A program made the position numbers and the translations under genes. Positions 10,786 to 20,715 of a DNA stretch of 64,000 bases are shown piece after piece. The DNA lies in contig OY970303.1 in assembly GCA_963716255.1 (NCBI GenBank), positions 5,408,001 to 5,472,000 of the forward strand, written 5' to 3'. Under the pieces are notes generated by a model. It worked only from the letters and a program-made list of their open reading frames with translations. It had not been told where the DNA came from and did not search any database. The stretch is from an uncultured Gemmatimonadales bacterium. GTDB taxonomy: Bacteria > Gemmatimonadota > Gemmatimonadetes > Longimicrobiales > Longimicrobiaceae. Numbering within the stretch: position 1 is the first letter of the stretch; every line of letters starts with the position of its first letter.

Positions 10786-11544
10786 ATGCTCCGGGAAGCC
10801 GAACACGTGGGCAGCGACACCGAGAACCCGGAAGCCCTGGCCGTCCGCGCCAACAAGCTCGACATCCTCGAGCGGCTGGCCGACGACCTGGCGCACGAGA
10901 TCAAGAACCCCCTGCACTCCATGGTGATCAACCTGGAGGTGCTCAAGCGCCGCGTCGCCCGCTGGGGCCCCGACCAGCAGGGCGAGGCCGAGCGCTACAT
11001 CGGCGTGCTGGGGACCGAGCTGGACCGGGTCACCCGCCGCATCGAGCTGCTGCTTCGCCTGTCGCGGCCGGCGCGCAAGGCCGAGCCGGTGACGCTGGAC
11101 GAGCTGATCCACGAGCTGATGGAGCTGATCCAGCTGGAGGCCCGCCGCCAGGAGGTGGAGGTGCGCTTCGAGCCGGCCTTCATCCCGGCGCCGGTCAACG
11201 TGCCGCGCGAGCCGGTCCGCCAGGTGATCCTGGACCTGGTGCTGGAGGCGCTGGACGGGGCGGGGCAGGGGGGCGCGCTGGTGATCCGCACGGCCCGCGA
11301 CGGCGACCACGCCGCCGTCTCGGTGTCGGTGCTGGACGCCGCCGGCGCCCCGCTCCCCATCGAGGACGACGCCGCCGCCCCGGGCGGCGTCAGCGTGGCG
11401 CGGCTCCCGGCCGCGCGCGCCATCGCCGAGTCGGTGGGCGGGCGCGTGGTGTTCGGCGCGGCCCTCCCCTCGCCCTCCGGCGAGGGGGGCGAAGCCCCCG
11501 GCGTGGTGTTCTCCATCCCCGTGGCGGGTGCCGGAACCGCGTAA
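10786..11544 (+). CDS. Sensor-less HisKA protein with degenerate ATPase domain (pseudokinase/phosphotransferase-like)
   Basis: H-box LAHEIKNPL is intact; N, G1 and G2 boxes are not recognisable. Confidence 0.75.
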   Translation: MLREAEHVGSDTENPEALAVRANKLDILERLADDLAHEIKNPLHSMVINLEVLKRRVARWGPDQQGEAERYIGVLGTELDRVTRRIELLLRLSRPARKAEPVTLDELIHELMELIQLEARRQEVEVRFEPAFIPAPVNVPREPVRQVILDLVLEALDGAGQGGALVIRTARDGDHAAVSVSVLDAAGAPLPIEDDAAAPGGVSVARLPAARAIAESVGGRVVFGAALPSPSGEGGEAPGVVFSIPVAGAGTA

Positions 11545-11571
11545 ACCGTTGGGTTCCATGCGCCCCGCGGG

Positions 11572-11601
11572 TTGACCCCACCCGCGGCGCCCCGCTATCT
11601 T
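11572..11601 (+). promoter_or_regulatory. Putative sigma70 promoter of the NtrC-type regulator
   Basis: TTGACC-N18-TATCTT. Confidence 0.5.
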
Positions 11602-11656
11602 TCCCGGTTCGACAAAGCCTGGTTCCAGGTACGGAAGATCCTCCATCGACGCGGGT

Positions 11657-13018
<1,362 letters not shown>

Positions 13019-13106
13019 CCGCCGGGCACACGCCCCCGCCGCCTGCCAGGAGCCGCGTCCCCCCCGGGACGCGGCTCCTGTCGTTCGGGGGCGGAACGGC
13101 CCGGCG

Positions 13107-13444
13107 ACCCCCTCCCCCTCCCCGCAAGGGGGAGGGGAGAATGGCAACGGCAGGCCCTCACCCCCCGGCCCCCTCTCCCACGAGGGGAGAGGGGGAGCAC
13201 GACAACAACGGTGCGCTCCGGCGGGCTCCGGGTATGGGGTCGGCCGGGGGAGGCTGCTCCGTCGGTGCGAACTCGCCCACCGTCCGAGCGGGGGCGGGAT
13301 CACGCTGGCTTCGAACATACGCTCTCCTGCGCAGCCTCCCCCGACCTCCCGGCGCAGATCGCAACGGCAACGACCCGGACCGACACGGAGCCCACCCCCA
13401 GAATTGGGGGAGGGTGGCGAGCCTAAGCGAGCCGGGTGGGGGCC
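13107..13444. repeat. Cluster of REP-like palindromes
   Basis: CCCCTCCCCGCAAGGGGGAGGGG, CCCCCTCTCCCACGAGGGGAGAGGGGG and a unit at 13391-13444 similar to 6288-6344. Confidence 0.65.
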
Positions 13445-13466
13445 TCCCGCGGACGCCAGCGCGAGA

Positions 13467-13602
13467 CCGCGTGAGGGATTCCGGCCCGAAGGGGCGAGAC
13501 CCGGCGGGGCTGTTTCCGCCGGGGCTCGACTCCGTTGCAGACGGTTGTTTCGTCTGCTACGGAGCCGAAGCCCGACCCCGCGCCAGCGGGGGCACGCCCA
13601 AA
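13467..13602 (-). repeat. Structured dispersed repeat, copy 3
   Basis: Reverse complement aligns with copy 1 and also shares its 3' extension CTCGC(G/A)CTGGCGTCCGC. Confidence 0.92.
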
Positions 13603-13648
13603 CCCTGCCGTTCACCTCGCTCCAACTCGAGCCGGAATCATCCGTGGG

Positions 13649-13664
13649 TGGCATGGCGCTTGCT
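13649..13664 (+). promoter_or_regulatory. Sigma54 (-24/-12) promoter
   Basis: TGGCAT-GGCGC-TTGCT matches TGGCAC-N5-TTGCW with exact GG-N10-GC spacing, about 70 nt before ATG 13733. Confidence 0.75.
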
Positions 13665-13732
13665 CTTCCAGGTGCCCGATCCGGGCTATTCACCCCGGAC
13701 GCCGCCTCACGGAGGGACAAGGGGTATTCGGC

Positions 13733-14131
13733 ATGGCGGCTCGTAGAATTCTAGTGATCGAGGACGAGGCGGGCGCCCGGGACGCACTGGAGAGCCTGCT
13801 GGCGGAGGACGGCTACACGGTCTGCACGGCGGCATCCGGGAGGAGCGCCCTGGAGCGTGTCCGCGACTTCCATCCGGACACCGTGGTGTGCGACTTCTAC
13901 CTCCCGGACATCGACGGCCTCCAGGTCATCCGGGAGATCCGCTCCGGGCTGCCCTCCGACGTGACGATCATCGTGATCACCGCGGGCGGGGCGGGCGAGG
14001 AGACGGAGTGCGCGCTCCGCGAGGAGGCCGACGTCTTTCTGCAGAAGCCGGTGGACCTTTCCAACTTCCGGGAGGCGCTCCAGTATTCCTCGCCGGCGCC
14101 GCGCGGCACGGAGCTGCAGTCTCGTCTCTGA
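13733..14131 (+). CDS. Single-domain response regulator (receiver)
   Basis: RILVIEDE, VVCDFYLPDIDG, IVITA, FLQKP. Confidence 0.88.
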   Translation: MAARRILVIEDEAGARDALESLLAEDGYTVCTAASGRSALERVRDFHPDTVVCDFYLPDIDGLQVIREIRSGLPSDVTIIVITAGGAGEETECALREEADVFLQKPVDLSNFREALQYSSPAPRGTELQSRL

Positions 14132-14162
14132 ACGCAGTCTCATCACCCAAAGGGAGCCTTCG

Positions 14163-14654
14163 ATGAGGGACTACGACGATTATCCCCACATCGTCATCGA
14201 GCGGGATCGTGGTGGATTCGGGCCGTTCCTGTGGGGCGCGCTGCTGGGTGCGGGCGCGGCCCTCCTCCTGGCGCCGCGCACCGGCGCCGACACGCAGCGC
14301 GAGCTTCGCGAGCGGGCCCGCGCGCTGCGCGACGCCGCCGAGGGGCGCGTCAACGACGCGCGCGACTCCGTTTCCGGCGCGGTGGAGCGTGCCCGCGGCG
14401 AGGTCACGGACCGCATCTCCACGGTGCGCGACGCGATCGAGACCCGCGCAGACCAGGCCCGCAGCGCCGTGGAGGCTGGCCGCCGCGCCGCCATGGACGC
14501 GCGCAGCGACCTGGAGCGCCGCGTGGCCGAGGCGAAGTCGGCGTACCGGAGCGGCGTGGATGCCTTCCGCGATCCGGGCGCGCCCGTGGTGGAAGCGGAG
14601 GTCATCGTCACCGAGGTGATCGTGGAGGAGGTGGGGGACGACGGGCTGCTCTGA
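14163..14654 (+). CDS. YtxH-like (general stress) protein
   Basis: FLWGALLGAGAALLLAPRTGADTQREL followed by an Ala/Arg-rich helical region. Confidence 0.85.
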   Translation: MRDYDDYPHIVIERDRGGFGPFLWGALLGAGAALLLAPRTGADTQRELRERARALRDAAEGRVNDARDSVSGAVERARGEVTDRISTVRDAIETRADQARSAVEAGRRAAMDARSDLERRVAEAKSAYRSGVDAFRDPGAPVVEAEVIVTEVIVEEVGDDGLL

Positions 14655-14674
14655 AGCGGCGGGACACGGGATCG

Positions 14675-14703
14675 TTGACGGAAGCCGTTCGGCGATCTAG
14701 GTT
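14675..14703 (+). promoter_or_regulatory. Putative sigma70 promoter, probably giving a leaderless yihY-like mRNA
   Basis: TTGACG-N17-TAGGTT; ATG 14710 is 6 nt after the -10 element. Confidence 0.55.
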
Positions 14704-14709
14704 TTGGGG

Positions 14710-15648
14710 ATGGGAGTGCGGATCAGGTCCATTCGGGCGGTGAGCGTCGCGGGCGCCGCCCGCGCGGCCCTGGTCCGCACGCTTCGTGGGGCGTGGGACT
14801 TCACCGCGCGTGTCTGGAGCTGCGCGGGCGACGACGACGTCTTCTTCCTCGCCGGGGCAATCGCCTTCAACATCCTGGTCGCGGCGATCCCCTTCCTCCT
14901 GCTCATCGTCGCCATCTTCGGCTTCGTCCTCCCGCGCTTCGTGCCGGATCCGGAGAAGGCGGCGGTGGACTACGTGCTTTCCATCCTCCCCCCCTCCCAG
15001 GACGTGGTGAACTTCACCCGGAGCCTGGTGGGCGGTATCATCGGGGGGCGCAACCGCTTCGGGATCGTCGGCGTGGTCCTGTTCGTGTGGACCGCCACCC
15101 GCCTGTTCGGCACGCTGCGCGCGGTGCTGCGCCACGTGTTCGACCTGGAGGACGACCGCGGCATCGTGCGCGGCAAGATCTTCGACGCCCAGATGGTGAT
15201 CGTCGCCGGGACGCTCTTCCTGGCGAACACGGGGATCACCCTGGTGCTGGAAGGGGTGCGCAACTTCGGGCAGGAGTGGCTGGGGAGGCGCGGCTACCGC
15301 GAGCTCCCCGTCGTGGAGACGGTGTACGCGCAGCTGCTGGCCTTCGCGTTCATCTTCGCGATGTTCGTGCTGATGTACCGCTACCTTCCCGCCCGCCGCA
15401 TCCCGTGGCGCATCTCGCTGGTGGCGGCGGCGTTCACCTCGGTGTCGTGGGAGCTGCTCAAGGGCCTCTTCACCTGGTACGTCAAGTACGTCGCCAACTA
15501 CGGTACCATGTACGGGCGCCTGGGGGTGGCCGTGGTGCTGGTGTTCTGGATCTATTACTCGGCCGTGGTGTTCATCGTGGGCGGCGAGGTGGGGCAGGTG
15601 TACGACCTGGGCCGCACGCGCCGGAGACAAAGGGAGCTGCTGGAATGA
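14710..15648 (+). CDS. YihY/BrkB family inner-membrane protein
   Basis: AGAIAFNILVAAIPFLL, MYRYLP, YGRLG..VLVFWIYYSA..FIVGGE; multiple TM segments. Confidence 0.88.
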   Translation: MGVRIRSIRAVSVAGAARAALVRTLRGAWDFTARVWSCAGDDDVFFLAGAIAFNILVAAIPFLLLIVAIFGFVLPRFVPDPEKAAVDYVLSILPPSQDVVNFTRSLVGGIIGGRNRFGIVGVVLFVWTATRLFGTLRAVLRHVFDLEDDRGIVRGKIFDAQMVIVAGTLFLANTGITLVLEGVRNFGQEWLGRRGYRELPVVETVYAQLLAFAFIFAMFVLMYRYLPARRIPWRISLVAAAFTSVSWELLKGLFTWYVKYVANYGTMYGRLGVAVVLVFWIYYSAVVFIVGGEVGQVYDLGRTRRRQRELLE

Positions 15649-16274
15649 GGACCGAAGTGCGAAGGTGCGGGAGTGCGGGAGTGCGGGGGCTGCCGGTGGT
15701 GCTGTGCGTGGTCGCGGCGCTCGCCTTCGGCGCGCGCGAGGCGGCGGCGCAGGGGCTGCCGCTGTCGCCGCTCGCCATCGCGCACGGGGTGGAGCGCGAG
15801 GGGACGGCCCGGTACCGCGACCCGCCGGTGAACGTGGAGGGCCGCTACGTGGTGATCTCGCTGGCGGAGCACCGGCTCTACCTCATGGAGGACGAGCGGG
15901 TGATCTGGTCGGCGACCGTCGGCACGGGCACGGGGACGCGGCTGGAAGGCGCCGGGCAGAAGTGGGACTTCTCCACCCCGCGCGGGATGTTCCGGGTGCA
16001 GCTCAAGGAAAAGGACCCGGTGTGGGTGGTGCCCGACTGGGCCTTCATCGAGCGCGGCGAGCCCATTCCGCCGCCGGACTCGCCCAAGCGGCGGGAGCCG
16101 GGGATGCTGGGGACCACCGCCATGTACCTGGAGGAGGAGATCGCCATCCACGGGACCAACAAGCCCGAGCTGCTGGGGCAGGCGGTCTCGCACGGCTGCA
16201 TCCGCATGAGCAACGAGGACGCTCGCCGATTGTACTACGAGGTGGAAGTCGGCACGCCGGTCATCATCTACTGA
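15645..16274 (+). CDS. L,D-transpeptidase (YkuD family)
   Basis: Signal peptide, TPRG, IAIHGT...SHGCIRM catalytic motif, VGTPVIIY end. Confidence 0.9.
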   Translation: MRTEVRRCGSAGVRGLPVVLCVVAALAFGAREAAAQGLPLSPLAIAHGVEREGTARYRDPPVNVEGRYVVISLAEHRLYLMEDERVIWSATVGTGTGTRLEGAGQKWDFSTPRGMFRVQLKEKDPVWVVPDWAFIERGEPIPPPDSPKRREPGMLGTTAMYLEEEIAIHGTNKPELLGQAVSHGCIRMSNEDARRLYYEVEVGTPVIIY

Positions 16275-16543
16275 CATTTGGGTTTGGGGCCGCTCCGGAG
16301 CCGGACGAAACGGCCGTCCGTCTCCTGCGCGGGTCGCGGAGCCAGCCGAAACTGCCCGGCTGTCTCCGCTCCGGCTGCGGGAGCCTCGCCAAACTGCCGG
16401 CGAGTCTCCCTCCGCGACATCTTTTGGGAGCTGCGGGGAGCTGCGGAACTGCACGAACGGCGCGCGAAGGCGGGCCTCGTGCCGTGCCGCAGGGTCTCCT
16501 GCCTCCCGACCGTTCTGAACGACACAGCGCCGGTCGCAGATAG

Positions 16544-17017
16544 ATGAACAAGCCCGCCGGGGACAAGCCCGACGCTCAGAAGATCGTGGTCAAGAACCGC
16601 AAGGCGCGCCACGAATACCACGTGCTCGAGACGTGGGAGGCCGGCCTGGCCCTGCAGGGGACCGAGGTCAAGTCGCTCCGCGAGGGGAAGGGCAACCTCC
16701 AGGACGCGTACGCCCGCATCGACCGGGGCGAGGTCTGGCTGCTGGGCATGCACATCTCCCCGTACGAGCAGGGAAACCGCTTCAACCACGACCCGCTCCG
16801 CCCCCGCAAGCTCCTGCTCCACAACCGGCAGATCCGCAAGATGATCGGCCAGGTGGAGAAGTCGGGGCTCACCCTGGTCCCCCTCGACATCCACTTCACC
16901 CGGGGGATCGCCAAGGTCAACCTGGCCCTCGTCCGCGGCAAGCAACTCCATGACAAGCGTGAGGACCTCAAGAAGCGCGACGCAGAGCGCGAGATGCAGC
17001 GCGGGTTCAAGGAGTAG
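16544..17017 (+). CDS. smpB: SsrA-binding protein
   Basis: NRKARHEY, EAGLALQGTEVKSLR, RKLLLH, GKQLHDKRE. Confidence 0.97.
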   Translation: MNKPAGDKPDAQKIVVKNRKARHEYHVLETWEAGLALQGTEVKSLREGKGNLQDAYARIDRGEVWLLGMHISPYEQGNRFNHDPLRPRKLLLHNRQIRKMIGQVEKSGLTLVPLDIHFTRGIAKVNLALVRGKQLHDKREDLKKRDAEREMQRGFKE

Positions 17018-18266
17018 CCGGCTCCGGCGGCTCCTCCCCGCGCTCGCCTTCGTCCTGGCACCCCTCCTCCCCCACCGCTCCGTCGCCCAGCAGCCCTCCA
17101 CCTGGCAGGTGGAGAGCGGCTCGCGCGCCCTTTCCGTCGCCGCGGCCACCGGCCGGGGGTACGCGGCGCTCCCGCTTTCCAGCCTGGTGTCGGTGGGCGC
17201 GGAGGTGGGGCCCAGCGGCGACGAGGTGGCGGTGCGGCTGGGCGGGCACGAGCTGCGCTTCCGCGTGGGCTCGCCGTTCTTTTCCGACGGCGGCCAGGTG
17301 CGGCAGCTGGTGAACTCGGTGTACGCGGAGGACGGGGTGGCCTTTCTCCCCACGCAGTTCTTCGTGGAGCACCTCCCCGCCCTGGGGGTGGAGGTGGACG
17401 CCGCCGCGCGCACCATCCGCCGCCCCCGCGCGGCATCGCTCCAGGTGCCCGCCCCCGCCCCGGCGGGCCCGGAGGCGCCCGCCGACCGTGCCGACGCGCC
17501 GGCGGAGCCGGCGCCGGGCCGGACGCCCGCCCGCACGGCTTCGCGCGCCGCCGGCCCGACCAAGCGGCTGGTGGTGGTGGACGCGGGGCATGGCGGGGTG
17601 GACCCCGGCGCCGCGGGGCGCGGGGGGACGCGGGAAAAGACCATCACCCTGGCGGTGGCCCGGCGCGTCGCGGAGATCCTGCGCGACAACCCGGAGTACG
17701 AGGTGCGCCTGACCCGCGACCGCGACACCCTGATCGCCCTGCGCGACCGGGCGCGCTTCGCCAACGGCTGGCGCAGGGACGGGCAGCCGGCCCTGTTCCT
17801 TTCCATCCACTGCAACGCAAATCCCAGCCGCGCGGCCAAGGGCTTCGAGACGTACTTCCTGTCGGAGGCCAAGACAGAGGACGCGCGGCGCGTGGAGCAG
17901 ATGGAGAACGCGGCGCAGGAGTACGAGGAGGACCGCGGCGGCGGAGACCCGCTCAGCTTCATCCTCAACGACCTGCGCCAGAACGAGCACCTGCGCGCCT
18001 CCAACGACTGGGCGGCGATCATCCAGGACCAGCTCGGCGCGGTGCACCCCGGCCCGGACCGCGGCGTCAAGCAGGCGGGGTTCTACGTGCTCAACGGCGC
18101 CTTCATGCCTGCGGTGCTGGTGGAGATCGGCTTCATCAGCAACGCGCAGGAGGAGGAGGTGCTCGGCTCCCCGCGCTACCAGCAGCTGATCGCGGAGCGC
18201 CTGGCCCGCTCGGTGGACGCCTTCTTCGAGCGCGACACCCGCCGCGTGGCCGCCGGCAACCGGTAG
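16950..18266 (+). CDS. N-acetylmuramoyl-L-alanine amidase (Amidase_3); start uncertain
   Basis: VVDAGHGG, EK..TL, LTRDRD, FLSIHCNA, GFETY, PAVLVEIGFISN; signal-peptide-like stretch begins at the smpB stop. Confidence 0.88.
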   Translation: MTSVRTSRSATQSARCSAGSRSSRLRRLLPALAFVLAPLLPHRSVAQQPSTWQVESGSRALSVAAATGRGYAALPLSSLVSVGAEVGPSGDEVAVRLGGHELRFRVGSPFFSDGGQVRQLVNSVYAEDGVAFLPTQFFVEHLPALGVEVDAAARTIRRPRAASLQVPAPAPAGPEAPADRADAPAEPAPGRTPARTASRAAGPTKRLVVVDAGHGGVDPGAAGRGGTREKTITLAVARRVAEILRDNPEYEVRLTRDRDTLIALRDRARFANGWRRDGQPALFLSIHCNANPSRAAKGFETYFLSEAKTEDARRVEQMENAAQEYEEDRGGGDPLSFILNDLRQNEHLRASNDWAAIIQDQLGAVHPGPDRGVKQAGFYVLNGAFMPAVLVEIGFISNAQEEEVLGSPRYQQLIAERLARSVDAFFERDTRRVAAGNR

Positions 18267-18371
18267 CCCGCGCGCAGCCGCGCGCCGTGGACGACGGGCC
18301 GCCGGGGGATCCCCCGGCGGCCCGTCGGGTAATCACCCGCGAACCGCACTCCCACCCGGAGCCGATCCGCC

Positions 18372-19103
18372 ATGACCCGACCGCCCGTTCCCATCGTCGC
18401 GCTGGACGTGCCCACCGCCGCCGCCGCCCACGCCCTGCTGGGCCGGATCGGGCCCGCCGCGGAGTGGATCAAGGTGGGGCTCCAGCTCTTCGTGGCGGAG
18501 GGGCCGGAGGTGGTCCGCGGCATGCGCGAACGCGGGCTGCGGGTCTTCCTGGACCTCAAGCTGCACGACATTCCCAACACCGTGGCCCACGCCGTGGAGT
18601 CCGCCGCGGGGCTGGGCGCCGACCTGCTCACGGTGCACGCCGCGGGTGGGAGCGCCATGCTGCGCGCCGCGCGCCGCGCCGCGGGCGAGCCGGGCGGGGG
18701 CGGGCCGCGGCTGTTCGCGGTCACGGTGCTCACCTCGCTCTCCGCCGCGGAGCTGGGCGAGGCGTGGGGGCGGCCGGGGGTGGCCGCCGCGGAGGAGGCC
18801 GGCCGGCTGGCACGCCTGGCGGCGGACGCGGGGATGGACGGGGTGGTGTCGTCGGTGCACGAGGCGGCGCGGATCCGCTCCGAGGCGGGCGCCGGGCTGG
18901 GGATCCTCACCCCGGGGATCCGCCTGGCCGGCGACGCGGCGGGCGACCAGGCGCGCGTCGCCACGCCCGCGCAGGCCGCGGCGGCCGGGGTGGAGTTCGT
19001 GGTGGTGGGGCGCACGGTCACCGCCGCCGCGGACCCCGCCGCCGCCTTCCTCGCGGTGCGCGACGAGCTGGCCGGCGGCGTCGCGGCCGGGGCGGCGTCG
19101 TGA
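18372..19103 (+). CDS. pyrF: Orotidine-5'-phosphate decarboxylase
   Basis: IVALD, KVG, FLDLKLHDIPNTV, TPGIR, DQARV, VVGR. Confidence 0.96.
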   Translation: MTRPPVPIVALDVPTAAAAHALLGRIGPAAEWIKVGLQLFVAEGPEVVRGMRERGLRVFLDLKLHDIPNTVAHAVESAAGLGADLLTVHAAGGSAMLRAARRAAGEPGGGGPRLFAVTVLTSLSAAELGEAWGRPGVAAAEEAGRLARLAADAGMDGVVSSVHEAARIRSEAGAGLGILTPGIRLAGDAAGDQARVATPAQAAAAGVEFVVVGRTVTAAADPAAAFLAVRDELAGGVAAGAAS

Positions 19104-19552
19104 CCGTGCGCGTCCTCCGGGTGCTGGCGCTGGCGCTCCTGCTGGCCGCGCCGGGGACGGCGCTGCGGGCGCAGGGGGGCGGGGAGCCCCGGCTGGAGGG
19201 CTTCGTCGCGCGCGTCGCCCGGCTGTGGGAGGCGGAGGACGCGGACGCCCTTGCGCACCTCGCCCCGTCCGGCGGGCGCATGGTGCTGGAGGTGGCCGGC
19301 GAGGGCGCGGGGCCGGTGCCGGAGCGCCACGCCGCGGCGGCGCTGCGCTCGCTCTTCGCGGACCGCGAGACGGTATCCATCCGCCCCGGCCGCGTCACCG
19401 TGGCCGGGGGGGAGCCGCTCCAGGGCTTCGGCGAGCTGGCGTGGACGTCGCGCTCCCGCGGGGTGAGCGCCGCCCGCACCTCCACCGTGTACGTGGGCGT
19501 GGTGTGGGAGGGCGGGGAGTGGCGGGTCCGCGAGCTGCGCGTGCTCCCCTGA
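19100..19552 (+). CDS. Hypothetical exported protein
   Basis: GTG start overlaps the pyrF TGA; signal peptide LALALLLAAPGTALRA; GC3-rich frame. Confidence 0.7.
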   Translation: MTVRVLRVLALALLLAAPGTALRAQGGGEPRLEGFVARVARLWEAEDADALAHLAPSGGRMVLEVAGEGAGPVPERHAAAALRSLFADRETVSIRPGRVTVAGGEPLQGFGELAWTSRSRGVSAARTSTVYVGVVWEGGEWRVRELRVLP

Positions 19553-19565
19553 CGCGCGCCGCCGG

Positions 19566-19595
19566 TTGACAGGGGGAGAGGGCGCGGCCTAGGAT
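19566..19595 (+). promoter_or_regulatory. Putative sigma70 promoter of mscS
   Basis: TTGACA-N18-TAGGAT. Confidence 0.55.
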
Positions 19596-19647
19596 TGCCC
19601 CTTCGCCGGCGGGCTCCCCGCCGACCGCACGGACCGGCTCCCCCACG

Positions 19648-20601
19648 ATGATCCAGGCCGACTCCCTCGTCGCCATCCTCAAGGAGCGCGTCCGGACCGA
19701 GTGGTCCGACGTGTTCAACTGGCCGGAGCTCACCGCCACCGGGCTGCGCATCGTCGCGGCGCTGGTGGTGGGGTGGCTCGCGTTCTGGGCGCTCAAGCTG
19801 CTGCTGCGGCGCATCGAGCGCTCCATCGAGCCGGCCGAGGGCGGGCTCCTGTCGGTGCAGGAGCAGCGGACCAAGACGCTGCTCAGCCTGGTGCGCAGCA
19901 TCGGCATCGTGGTGATCGTCGTGCTGATGGTGTTCATGGTGCTGGCGGCGCTGGGGATCAACCTGGGCCCGCTGCTCGCCGGCGCCGGCGTGATCGGCCT
20001 GGCGGTGTCCTTCGGCGCGCAGTCGCTGGTCAAGGACGTCATCAGCGGCCTCTTCATCCTCTTCGAGAACCAGTACGGCGTGGGCGACGTCATCCGCCTG
20101 GACAGCACGGTCTCCGGCGCGGTGGAGCGCATGACGCTTCGCGTGGTGGTGCTGCGCGACGTGCACGGGGTGGTCCACATCGTGCCCAACGGCGAGATCA
20201 AGCGGGTCAGCAACCTCACCCGCACCTGGGCGCGGGCGGTGCTGGACGTGGGCGTGGCCTACAAGGAGGACGCGGACCGGGTGATGGAGGTGCTGCGCGA
20301 GGTGGGCCGCACCCTCCAGGAGGACCCGCAGTGGAAGCACTTCCTGGTGGAGGACGTCACGGTCCCCGGGATCGAGTCGTTCGGCGAGTCGTCGGTGAAC
20401 ATCCGCGTCATGGCCAAGACGGTCCCGCTCAAGCAGTGGGACGTGGCCCGGGAGCTGCGCCGCCGCATCAAGCGCCGCTTCGACGAGGACGGCATCGAGA
20501 CTGCGAACCCGCGCACGGTCCTCCTGCAGGACGAGATGGCGCGGCACCTGCTCGCCGGCCGCACCGCGGACGGCCCGGACAACGAGGACCCCACCCCATG
20601 A
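19648..20601 (+). CDS. Small-conductance mechanosensitive channel (YbiO/YkuT-like)
   Basis: GAGVIGLAVSFGAQSLVKDVISGLFILFENQYGVGD, IVPNG. Confidence 0.92.
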   Translation: MIQADSLVAILKERVRTEWSDVFNWPELTATGLRIVAALVVGWLAFWALKLLLRRIERSIEPAEGGLLSVQEQRTKTLLSLVRSIGIVVIVVLMVFMVLAALGINLGPLLAGAGVIGLAVSFGAQSLVKDVISGLFILFENQYGVGDVIRLDSTVSGAVERMTLRVVVLRDVHGVVHIVPNGEIKRVSNLTRTWARAVLDVGVAYKEDADRVMEVLREVGRTLQEDPQWKHFLVEDVTVPGIESFGESSVNIRVMAKTVPLKQWDVARELRRRIKRRFDEDGIETANPRTVLLQDEMARHLLAGRTADGPDNEDPTP

Positions 20602-20715
20602 GCATGGCACTCACGCGGCGATGTAGGTGAGCTCCCCCGCCCCCGGGCGGAACGCTGAACCTGGAGCCGGCGCAACCCCGCGCCCGGCCGTCGCCATCGT
20701 GACCCGCGAGGAGCC

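Noticed and set aside
16275..16543. tmRNA (ssrA) upstream of smpB
   Set aside because: No tRNA-like acceptor/T-arm ends or tag reading frame recognised.
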